Of a stretch of DNA of 64,000 bases, positions 37,076-45,231 are shown in pieces. The position numbers were made by a program, and so were the translations under genes. Each line of letters opens with the position of its first letter. The first letter of the stretch is position 1. Under the pieces are notes generated by a model. The model ran no database searches. It saw only the letters and a list, made by a program, of their open reading frames with translations, and had not been told where the DNA came from. The stretch is from an uncultured Acidobacteriota bacterium (GTDB lineage Bacteria > Acidobacteriota > Terriglobia > Bryobacterales > Bryobacteraceae). Location of the stretch: contig CADEFM010000010.1 in the NCBI GenBank assembly GCA_902826605.1, positions 62,279 to 126,278 of the forward strand. The letters run 5' to 3'.

Positions 37076-38493
37076 AGCAGCTCATCGCAGCCCTTTTCCT
37101 TTGTGCTCCGCTCACGTTCGCCGGCGGTGCGCCCTTTTCTGTGGAAGCGCGGGAAGACGTCAGCGCCGATTTCCCGGGCGCGCCGCGTCTGCACTCCTTC
37201 GCGTTCGCGCAGTGGCAGGGCAAGTGGGTTTTCATCGGAGGCCGCACGAACGGGTACCACAGCGTGGGCGGCGGTCCCGCCGAGTTCATGCGCGCGGATG
37301 CGAATGACCAGGTGTGGGTGATCGATACCACCGTGCATCCCGCGCGCACTTATCACGCGCCCGTGGCGGATCTGCCCGCGTCGCACGTCGCCGTCAAGGA
37401 TCAGTGGATCGCCTCCGCGTTCAGTCGCATTCAGGTGGGCGACAAACTCTACATCGCTGGCGGCTATGGTCAGGATCACACGGGTAGCTGGGTCACCCAT
37501 GCGCTTCTCTCGGTGGTATCCATCCCGGCTTTGGTTGAAGGAGTGATGCACGGCAAGGTCCCTCCTGAAAGCGTCCGCTTTCTGGAAACGCCATGGGTGC
37601 AATCGGCGGGTGGCGGGCTGATCAAGATCCCCGGCGGCAATTTCTATCTGGTGATGGGTCACGTGTTCACCGGAAGCTATACCGCATTTGAAGGCAACGC
37701 GGAAGAAAACACCAAACATGCCAGCCAGATCTATCTGGAGGAAGTCCGCGAACTGAAGATCACCGAAGGCGAAGAGATCGCAGTGGAGCTTCTGCAACGA
37801 TTTCACGATTCGGAATTCCATCGACGCGATCTGAATGTAGTTCCACTGTACTCTCCAAAGGGTGCCGGATTCGCTGCCTACGGTGGCGTCTTCACGCCGC
37901 GCACCCAGCTGAACTATACCAAGCCAGTCTACATGGTGCCCGGCCAAGGCCTCTTCGTCGATTCCATCTTTGAACAAAAAATGCACTCCTACAGTACCGC
38001 CCGCTTGCTCCTGTATGACAAGGCGAAAGCCACCATGTACACGACATTTTTCGGAGGCATCAGCCGGAACTTCTGGGACGCATATGCAAAAGCATTTGTG
38101 GAGTATCCGACGCACGGCGACCGCAATGCGGCCGTCTATTTGGACGGTTTGCAGTGGAATGACCAGATTTCCTCGTTAGCGCGCGGAATGAATGAGTCGG
38201 ATGGCAAGACCGTCGAATGGGTCCACGCGGCTGAGTTGCCAGCCTATCTGGGCACGGATGGATTCTTTATTCCTCGGGATGACCTTGCCGAAGTTGACCC
38301 GGGCACGCAGATCCTGGATCTCGGCCCGCTGCGCGGCAAGCGAACGTTGGTGGGGTATTTATACGGAGGCATTCGCGCCTTTCCGTATCGTTTCCCCTAC
38401 GACAAATCGGCTCAGCCGTACAACGCGGGAACGATTCCAAGCAAGGCGAGCGAGTCCATTTTAAATGTGTATTTGACGGTGCCCGGCGAATAG
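37072..38493 (+). CDS. secreted Kelch-like beta-propeller protein of unknown function
   Basis: ATG 37072 overlaps the qhpE-like stop (ATGA). Signal peptide is MKQLIAALFLCAPLTFAGG. GG-containing blade motifs recur (WVFIGGRTNG, LYIAGGYGQD, AAYGGVF, TFFGGIS, YLYGGIRA). The upstream 163 codons of ORF 36583..38493 are an out-of-frame overlap with qhpE. Confidence 0.6.
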   Translation: MKQLIAALFLCAPLTFAGGAPFSVEAREDVSADFPGAPRLHSFAFAQWQGKWVFIGGRTNGYHSVGGGPAEFMRADANDQVWVIDTTVHPARTYHAPVADLPASHVAVKDQWIASAFSRIQVGDKLYIAGGYGQDHTGSWVTHALLSVVSIPALVEGVMHGKVPPESVRFLETPWVQSAGGGLIKIPGGNFYLVMGHVFTGSYTAFEGNAEENTKHASQIYLEEVRELKITEGEEIAVELLQRFHDSEFHRRDLNVVPLYSPKGAGFAAYGGVFTPRTQLNYTKPVYMVPGQGLFVDSIFEQKMHSYSTARLLLYDKAKATMYTTFFGGISRNFWDAYAKAFVEYPTHGDRNAAVYLDGLQWNDQISSLARGMNESDGKTVEWVHAAELPAYLGTDGFFIPRDDLAEVDPGTQILDLGPLRGKRTLVGYLYGGIRAFPYRFPYDKSAQPYNAGTIPSKASESILNVYLTVPGE

Positions 38494-38564
38494 AACCCGG
38501 ACCGTTTTTAGGGAGGGAAGACATCTTAAAGCCGTAAGTTGTATACTTCCAGTAGGTTTGCGCC

Positions 38565-39203
38565 ATGTTTGCGCGTCTACTGGCAATTGTTTGCCTGCTC
38601 TGCGTGAGCACTAGTTCGGGAAGGGCTGCGTCGCTCCCTCGGGTGGAGACTACGCTAGCTGTGCATCTGCAGGCGAATGCAGCATTTTCACCCGAAATAC
38701 GCAATCAAATGAAAATGGAGTTGGACTCCATCTTGGAGCCCGCCGCTATCCGCATCTTCTGGCTCGATGCTCAGGAATCCCGCGATTTCAGATCTATGCG
38801 TGTTGAGTTAAAAGGATCGTGCGGTGTGCCCAATCATGCGGACGGACATGCAGTTCTTGGCGCAATCCCCGCTTCGGCTCTGGCATCCACGTCTGTTTAC
38901 AAAGACAGCATTCTACCGTCGAGCTGGGTAAACTGCGACACGCTGAATCGTTTGCTGCTCAGTTCCATTGCATTACAGCCCAAGTGGATTCGTGATTACG
39001 CATATGGACGCGCGATGGCCCGCGTGCTCGCGCATGAAATTTATCACATTCTGGCCCAGACTCAAGTGCATACTTCGACCGGAGTCGCCAAAGAATCGGT
39101 GAGTGCGGCGGACCTTGTCTCCTCTCGGTTCGTATTTAACTCTGAAGCGATTATTGGACTCAGATCGCACAACCGTGTCCTGCTTGGCGCTGCGAAAAAC
39201 TAA
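38565..39203 (+). CDS. hypothetical secreted protein with HExxH motif
   Basis: Signal peptide is MFARLLAIVCLLCVSTSSGRAAS. The only recognisable motif is a single LAHEIYHIL (HExxH). Confidence 0.5.
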   Translation: MFARLLAIVCLLCVSTSSGRAASLPRVETTLAVHLQANAAFSPEIRNQMKMELDSILEPAAIRIFWLDAQESRDFRSMRVELKGSCGVPNHADGHAVLGAIPASALASTSVYKDSILPSSWVNCDTLNRLLLSSIALQPKWIRDYAYGRAMARVLAHEIYHILAQTQVHTSTGVAKESVSAADLVSSRFVFNSEAIIGLRSHNRVLLGAAKN

Positions 39204-39338
39204 CCTCAGTTCCGCAACAAGCATTATTCATACCAGTCGGAAACGCCCAGCCCGATGGGGCATCTAATAGGGGACACAATCGCCCGGCGCAATTGACCTC
39301 CCGATTTTCGTGAGGACTCGTTCGAAAGGACTTATACC

Positions 39339-39602
39339 ATGTTCGGATTTTTGGGCTGGATTCTCTTTGGGTTAGTCGTAGGTATCATCGCGAAACTTTT
39401 GATGCCGGGGAGGGATCCCGGCGGCTTTATAGTGACGATCCTTCTAGGAATGCTGGGGGCGGGACTGGGCGGGTGGCTTGGCCGCACTCTGGGACTCTAC
39501 GCACCCGACCAACCCGCCGGGTTCTTCATGGCGCTTGTGGGAGCAATCATTCTGCTGGCACTCTATCGAATGTTCACGCGCCGCCGCGTCACGTCTGGAT
39601 AG
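39339..39602 (+). CDS. GlsB/YeaQ/YmgE family stress-response membrane protein
   Basis: 87 aa. GWILFGLVVGIIAKLLMPGRDPGGFIVTILLGMLGAGLGGWLG is the typical family sequence. Confidence 0.85.
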   Translation: MFGFLGWILFGLVVGIIAKLLMPGRDPGGFIVTILLGMLGAGLGGWLGRTLGLYAPDQPAGFFMALVGAIILLALYRMFTRRRVTSG

Positions 39603-39670
39603 ACACGTACCTGGCGAGCGACGGTCCACATGACTTTGCGAACCGTCGCTTACAAGTTGGGAGAGTTTTG

Positions 39671-40240
39671 CTACCTCTTGCCCTTAGCCCCGCCATTCGA
39701 GGATTTTCGGCCGACACCGGCAAATTCTGCTTCCTCTTCTTCGTCGGAGTTATCCATTTCCTGCGAGTCATACAACTCGAACGCCACGTCGGTCAGTTTG
39801 GAGTCCGCAGCCTTCTCCTCGTCCTCGGTCATTTGCAGAAGCTTGCTTACCTTTTGATTCCCAACTTTCTCCGCGATCGTGCGCGCCGTGCCGTATCCGG
39901 AGATTTCATAGTGCTCAACCTTTTGCGCCGCGGCAATGATGGCCAAATCCAACATTGCGCCGGGTTCTTCTTCGCTTAAGGCTTCGCTGCCTTCCGCGAG
40001 TAGCCCGCGCATTCCTTTGCAAGGTTTGCTCTTCGCAGTCTCACCCATCGCTTCAAAGGCCTCTTCCAGCCGGGTGACCTGTTCTTTGGTTTCCTCCAAA
40101 TGACTGGCCAGTCCGTCTTTGAGATCGGTATTTGTGGCAGCCTTGACCATCTTAGGGAGGGCTTTCACGATCTGTTTCTCGGCGTCGTAGAGATCACGCA
40201 AGCACTCGGTTAATAGTTCTTTCAAAGTTTCTTGTTCCAT
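39671..40240 (-). CDS. ferritin-like DUF892 (YciE/YciF-like) protein
   Basis: LRDLYDAEKQIVKALPKM and HLEETKEQVTRLE are typical of the family. It has an acidic C-terminal tail. Confidence 0.8.
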   Translation of the reverse strand: MEQETLKELLTECLRDLYDAEKQIVKALPKMVKAATNTDLKDGLASHLEETKEQVTRLEEAFEAMGETAKSKPCKGMRGLLAEGSEALSEEEPGAMLDLAIIAAAQKVEHYEISGYGTARTIAEKVGNQKVSKLLQMTEDEEKAADSKLTDVAFELYDSQEMDNSDEEEEAEFAGVGRKSSNGGAKGKR

Positions 40241-40364
40241 GGTTATCCTCTCGGGAAGAATCGATTCCTGGGGTTAGATCGGAGATTGCAGAAAGTGTTT
40301 CCGCTTTCCGCGGATACGCTAGTCAGGGTTGCATCCTCGCGAGCAGCGCACTAGGATTGGTCCC

Positions 40365-40880
40365 ATGCACAAAGTTCCCATCCTCACAATTTTGACCCTG
40401 TCATTCATCGGTCTAGCCCATGCTCAGCAGCAAGGCTCCATGGCGAAGAATATTCGGACGACCAGGGAGATCAAAGTCATTTCCAGTGCCGGTGCACGTG
40501 CCTTGGCGGACGCCTGCACGACCTGGGCCGAGCAAAATAAGCAAACGGTGGCGATGGCAATTCTCGATTGGGGCGGAAACCTCATCGAATCCCATGCCAT
40601 GGAAGGCGCTGCGCCGAACGCGATTGATACTGCGCTATTGAAAGCAAAGTCTGCGCTGCGATGGCGGCGCGCCACTTCGGAAACCAACAAGATGGTCCGG
40701 AACGGGGAAAATTTGGCCCCCACTTTTATGAACGACTTCCCTCAGCCGGGCGCGCTTCCGATCGTTCTAAATGGCCAAGTGATTGGCGCAATGGGCGTTT
40801 CCGGTGCCGACGGCGAGAAATGCGCCAAAGCGGCGATCGACACCGTGTTCAACGGGCAAGCGGCGACCGCCGCACGCTAG
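40365..40880 (+). CDS. GlcG/HbpS-like haem-binding (DUF336) protein, secreted
   Basis: ATG at 40365 gives a signal peptide. GAMGVSGADGEKCAKAAI is typical of DUF336. Confidence 0.7.
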   Translation: MHKVPILTILTLSFIGLAHAQQQGSMAKNIRTTREIKVISSAGARALADACTTWAEQNKQTVAMAILDWGGNLIESHAMEGAAPNAIDTALLKAKSALRWRRATSETNKMVRNGENLAPTFMNDFPQPGALPIVLNGQVIGAMGVSGADGEKCAKAAIDTVFNGQAATAAR

Positions 40881-40915
40881 CTTCGCGGCGGGCCTGCGCT
40901 ATACTGAAGGCTCTC

Positions 40916-41050
40916 ATGGCAGACGACAAACTCTACAAAGCCGAGTATGTGGGCAGCGGCACGTTCATCATCTCGAAGCCCAAGCGCAAGGCGGCCAAGC
41001 GGCGGCAGTCCAAGTTAAAAGGCACCGTTCGCGGCGCTCGCAAATCCTAG
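40916..41050 (+). CDS. possible small basic protein (44 aa)
   Basis: ATG at 40916 is 10 nt downstream of TATACT. MADDKLYKAEYVGSGTFIISKPKRKAAKRRQSKLKGTVRGARKS fills an otherwise empty intergenic gap. I recognise no homology. Confidence 0.25.
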   Translation: MADDKLYKAEYVGSGTFIISKPKRKAAKRRQSKLKGTVRGARKS

Positions 41051-41063
41051 GACCTCTGCGCCC

Positions 41064-42998
41064 CTAGCGCGGCTGGGTCACCACATCCACCATCGCCGGC
41101 TCGCCCTTAGCCACCACATCGAGCGCTCGTTTGATGGCTGGTCCCAGATCTTTCGGGTCCGTGATGGGTCCTTCGCCATACACTCCCATGCTCCGGGCTA
41201 GCGCGGCGTAATCAATGTTCGGATTCTTGATGGTGGTGCCGATCTCGGCCGTGTCAATCCCCCGCTGATGACGATTCGCCATCCGTTGCAGATGCATCAC
41301 TTCCTGATGATAGGCGCGGTTGTTGTGCATCACGTTCAACAGCGGAATGTTGTGGTGGGCAGCAGTCCACAGGACGCCCGGCGCGTACATCAAATCGCCG
41401 TCGTTCTGAATGTTCACTGAAAGCCGTCCGTACTTCTTGTTCGCGAGCGCAGCGCCCACCGCGGCCGGAGCGCCATAGCCCACGCCCGCGCCCCCGGAGC
41501 CGCCAATGTACTGGTAGTGTTTGTCGAAATTCCACAGCCTCTGTGGCCAGCTCTGATTCGACACGAGCGACCAGTCCTTAGTCTTCACCTGCGCCCATAT
41601 CTCAGCCGACAAGCGCGCGACGCTGATGGGGCTGGCGTCCCAGCCATAACTTGCTTCCACACGCATGCGTGCATCCGCGTCCGCGCAGGCTTCCGCCAGT
41701 TTCTTCCCGCGTTCCGCGAAGGCGCGCTTGCGGTCGGCTGTGATGAGTTTCTTGCAGGCTTCGGCCAAGGCGGGTAAGGTAGCTTCGGAATCCGCAGCCA
41801 TGGAAATATCCAGGTCGGGGAAGCGCTGGAAGTCCTGATAATTGCTGCGCGTGTTGAGATCCGTCGCGGAGATGCTAATGAACTTCGCGCCGGCCTTCGT
41901 GATGGGTCGCGAGGTGCGGTGCAGTTGATCGCGGAAGTTGTTGACTGTGCCCCAGAAATCCCATACTTCCAGACCGAGAATGACATCGGCGTTCGCGATC
42001 AACGCACGGCTGCGCTCGGTGTGATTCAGGGGATGCTTCGTCGGAAAATTCATGCGGCCAAATTGATTGATGACCGGCGCTTGCAGCGTTTCCGCCAGTT
42101 CGACGAGCGCCTTGATGCCGGCAGGGGTACGCGCGCAGCGATCGGCGATCAGCACTGGGTTTTCGGCATTCACCAGAAGTTTTGCCGCTTCAGCGACACT
42201 GCCGGAATCACCTTGCGGCGGCCCGGCGAGTGTGAACTTTGGAATGCGCGGATTTTCGCCGTTGCGCATGGGGTCTTCCTGCAAATCGCCATCCACCACG
42301 AGCAGCACCGGCATCATGGGAGGCGTGACCGCGATCTTATAAGCACGCACCGCTGATTCCGCGAAATGCTGGAGCGACATCGGCATGTCATCCCATTTGG
42401 TGAAATCCCGCACCAGGACTCCGGCATCCTGCACGCTGTGCGCCCACTCGACACCTGGACGCCGTGTGGCTGCGTCCAAGGTGTTGCCGATTACCATGTA
42501 CACCGGTGCGCGGTCGCAGTAAGCGTTGTAGAGCGCCATGGAAGCGTGCTGCAGTCCCACAGTGCCGTGCGCGAACACGCATGCGGGCTTGCCTTCGATC
42601 TTGGCGTACCCGTGCGCCATGGCCACCGACGATTCTTCATGACAGCAAGTGATGAACTCCGGGGCTTTGTTTCCACCGTAGTTGACCACCGATTCATGCA
42701 GCGCCCGGAAGCTGGACCCGGGATTCGAAAAGACGCACTCAAATCCCAGAGACTTGAGCACGTCGACCATGAAGTCCGACCCAGGGTGATCCGCAGTGAG
42801 CACTTCGGCGGATGACGCCGGATCGCGCTCCTGCGGCGCCACGGGAGCGGTAGCAGAACGCGCCGGGGAGTCGGCTGAGCGAGGCTGCTGCGCGGCAAGC
42901 GGCGGAGCGGCGGTTACGGCCAGCGCTGCGGCTGCTCCCTGCAGAAAGCCGCGCCGTCCTACGGGGACCTTTTGCGATTTCACGATTTTTTTTGACAC
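41064..42998 (-). CDS. thiamine pyrophosphate-dependent enzyme (acetolactate synthase-like fold) with Tat signal
   Basis: The twin-arginine signal GRRGFLQGAAAALAVTAAPP precedes three TPP-enzyme domains, including the GGSGGAGVGYGAPAAVGA...QNDGD TPP-binding motif. Confidence 0.75.
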   Translation of the reverse strand: MSKKIVKSQKVPVGRRGFLQGAAAALAVTAAPPLAAQQPRSADSPARSATAPVAPQERDPASSAEVLTADHPGSDFMVDVLKSLGFECVFSNPGSSFRALHESVVNYGGNKAPEFITCCHEESSVAMAHGYAKIEGKPACVFAHGTVGLQHASMALYNAYCDRAPVYMVIGNTLDAATRRPGVEWAHSVQDAGVLVRDFTKWDDMPMSLQHFAESAVRAYKIAVTPPMMPVLLVVDGDLQEDPMRNGENPRIPKFTLAGPPQGDSGSVAEAAKLLVNAENPVLIADRCARTPAGIKALVELAETLQAPVINQFGRMNFPTKHPLNHTERSRALIANADVILGLEVWDFWGTVNNFRDQLHRTSRPITKAGAKFISISATDLNTRSNYQDFQRFPDLDISMAADSEATLPALAEACKKLITADRKRAFAERGKKLAEACADADARMRVEASYGWDASPISVARLSAEIWAQVKTKDWSLVSNQSWPQRLWNFDKHYQYIGGSGGAGVGYGAPAAVGAALANKKYGRLSVNIQNDGDLMYAPGVLWTAAHHNIPLLNVMHNNRAYHQEVMHLQRMANRHQRGIDTAEIGTTIKNPNIDYAALARSMGVYGEGPITDPKDLGPAIKRALDVVAKGEPAMVDVVTQPR

Positions 42999-43004
42999 GG
43001 CGCC

Positions 43005-44075
43005 CTACTTGTTCTTGACGAATTTCACAACCGTGAGCAGGCCGGCGTCACCGCCGTAAATCGCGTTGCCGTTTGGCGTAACCCCAATACCTTCCATATT
43101 GGTGCGGTCCGGCCCCGCTCCCTCCCAGACCGAGTTTGGCCTGACTTTCGGGATAAAGCCGGTTACTTTGCCGTCTTTGGCGCTCCCAATGTAGATGCCG
43201 TTTTGGAAACCAGGACGGTCTTTGGTCGACTGCGTGTCAGTGACGTACAGCACGTCGTTCTGGTCAATGGCGAGGCCGCTCGGCCGGCCGAACTGCTTCC
43301 ACTCCGTGACGAACTTTCCATCCTGGTCGAAGATCTGGATGCGGCCATTGGGACGGTCGGCAACGAACACGCGGCCCTGGGAATCCATCGCGATCGCGTG
43401 CGGGGCTTCGAATTGGCCGGGGCCTGCTCCGCGCGTGCCCCACTCTTTGACGTATTTGCCATTCTTGTCGAACTTGACGATACGAAAGTTGGTTCCCACG
43501 CCGTGGCCATCCGCCACGAAAATGGAGCCGTTGCGCGCAATAACAACGTCCGACGGAGCGTTGAAAGTGTCTTGACCCGACTCCGCCACGCCCGGCTTCC
43601 CAAGCGCTAGCAGGACTTTACCGTTCTTGTCCACATGCAGCACTTGATGCCCTCTTCCGGGGTTGTTTTTGTCAATCCCATTGGGGGCCGTGGCATCGGT
43701 CAGCCACATACTCAGATCCGGCCTCACATCGATTCCGTGGGGCCATACGATCAAGCCCGCCCCGAGGCTCCTGACAAACTTGCCCTCCGGGGTGTAGACC
43801 AGAACCGGCGGCACGTCATTGTGGCCGGTGCACGAGTTTTCCACGCAGCGATGAAAAACATAGATGTTGTTGTCCCGTCCCGCTTTCACGCTGGACACCG
43901 ATCCCAAAGACTTCATGCCGGGCGGCATCTCCAATTTGAAGCTTTCGTCAACGTGATACGGATTCGGCAATGGCAAGGGACTGGGCGCCTGCGCGCCGGC
44001 CCAATCCGCCATCAGCGCCATCAAAGCAAGCACCGCTGCCATCGTCGTCACGCGGACCCGATTTATTGGGGACAT
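43005..44075 (-). CDS. secreted NHL-repeat six-bladed beta-propeller protein
   Basis: ATG at 44075 is preceded by GAGGGAGGG. A signal peptide is present. NHL-like repeats include IFVADGHG, VFVADRPNGRIQIFDQDGKFV and LYVTD. Confidence 0.7.
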   Translation of the reverse strand: MSPINRVRVTTMAAVLALMALMADWAGAQAPSPLPLPNPYHVDESFKLEMPPGMKSLGSVSSVKAGRDNNIYVFHRCVENSCTGHNDVPPVLVYTPEGKFVRSLGAGLIVWPHGIDVRPDLSMWLTDATAPNGIDKNNPGRGHQVLHVDKNGKVLLALGKPGVAESGQDTFNAPSDVVIARNGSIFVADGHGVGTNFRIVKFDKNGKYVKEWGTRGAGPGQFEAPHAIAMDSQGRVFVADRPNGRIQIFDQDGKFVTEWKQFGRPSGLAIDQNDVLYVTDTQSTKDRPGFQNGIYIGSAKDGKVTGFIPKVRPNSVWEGAGPDRTNMEGIGVTPNGNAIYGGDAGLLTVVKFVKNK

Positions 44076-44170
44076 CAAACCCTCCCTCATCTCTGCTGAA
44101 GTATACATTCAGGAACCGTTGGAAACAACTGAAGCACTCCGTGGGCGCGAAACGACGCTATCCTGTGTAA

Positions 44171-45181
44171 ATGAAACGCGTCATGGTGTTCGTACTCACA
44201 CTGGCTGTATCCACAAGTGTCGCGTTCGCCCAAAGCGGCGGCTCGATCACTGGCACGGTTTCCGACCTGGCGGGAGACAAAGTCGCGAGCGCTCCCATTG
44301 TGGCGACGAATGTGACTACCAAGGCGGTCTATAGGGCCACCAGCTCCGCCGCCGGCGCCTATACGTTGGAAGCGCTGCCAGCGGGCGCGTACGACGTGGC
44401 CGTCACGGTGCTCGCCTTCGCTCCTTTCGCTCAGAAAGATGTGGCCGTCGCCGCGGGGCAAACGCTGCGCCTGGACATCCACCTGTTCGATTTCCAGCTC
44501 AATACGCTGGGCGACGGCAGGGAATTTCAGACGGACCGTCTGAGCGCCCATCCTGCGCCCACGGGCCCCGCGCCACGTACTCCGGAAGGCAAGCCCGACT
44601 TCACCGGCGTCTGGTACGCGCAGCGCCCCGTGGACCCGGGCACGCCGCAGATGCTGCCGTGGGCCGAAAAGCTGTTCAAGGAGCGCGTGGCGAACAATGC
44701 CAAGGACGCTCCGGGCGCGCGCTGCCTGACGCGCGGCATCACGGCGGCCGGCGCCTTGTTCCCGTATGAGATGGTGCAAACCCCGCGCCGCCTGGTGATG
44801 ATCTTCGAGGACGACATCCCCAGCCACCGCACCGTCTATCTGGACGGACGCGGCCATCCCAAAGATCCGAATCCGAATTGGATGGGCCACTCGATAGGCC
44901 GGTGGGAAGGCGACACGCTGGTGGTGGACACGGCAGGGTTCAACGATAGGACGTGGCTCGACAACCTGGGCCATCCGCACACGGAGATGCTGCACGTAAC
45001 CGAGCGCCTCCGCCGGGTCGATTTAGGGCATCTGGAAATCGAGTTCACCATCGAAGACCCGGGCGCGTATACGAAGCCGTGGATCATTAAGCGGGTCGCG
45101 GAGCTCGATACCGATGACGAGGTCGGGGAGTACGTGTGCACCGAGGGCGAGCGGGACGCGCCGCATATGGTCGGGAAGTGA
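44171..45181 (+). CDS. carboxypeptidase-regulatory-like domain protein with uncharacterised C-terminal domain, secreted
   Basis: Signal peptide is present. The CarboxypepD_reg pattern is GSITGTVSDLAGDKVASAPIVATNVTTKAVYRATSSAAGAYTLEALPAGAYDV. Confidence 0.65.
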   Translation: MKRVMVFVLTLAVSTSVAFAQSGGSITGTVSDLAGDKVASAPIVATNVTTKAVYRATSSAAGAYTLEALPAGAYDVAVTVLAFAPFAQKDVAVAAGQTLRLDIHLFDFQLNTLGDGREFQTDRLSAHPAPTGPAPRTPEGKPDFTGVWYAQRPVDPGTPQMLPWAEKLFKERVANNAKDAPGARCLTRGITAAGALFPYEMVQTPRRLVMIFEDDIPSHRTVYLDGRGHPKDPNPNWMGHSIGRWEGDTLVVDTAGFNDRTWLDNLGHPHTEMLHVTERLRRVDLGHLEIEFTIEDPGAYTKPWIIKRVAELDTDDEVGEYVCTEGERDAPHMVGK

Positions 45182-45201
45182 GGGGGGGATAGTGTCTTCG
45201 G

Positions 45202-45209
45202 ATCTGCTA
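45202..45209. repeat. left copy of 8-bp direct repeat ATCTGCTA bracketing the lower-GC islet
   Basis: An identical octamer recurs at 47401-47408. The two copies enclose exactly the lower-GC genes 45232..47375. Confidence 0.3.
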
Positions 45210-45231
45210 CTTAGTTGGTGAAGACCTCGGA

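Noticed and set aside
36883-38115. 410-aa antisense ORF opposite the Kelch-like gene. Similar cases are 35733..36374, 44087..44995, 49989..51077 and 14304..15167.
   Set aside because: All of these overlap strongly supported genes on the other strand and have low-complexity, Arg-rich translations.
39617-39650. 8-bp hairpin (AGCGACGG / CCGTCGCT) between the convergent GlsB-family and DUF892 genes
   Set aside because: The loop is 18 nt and no U tract lies on either strand, so it is too weak to call a terminator.
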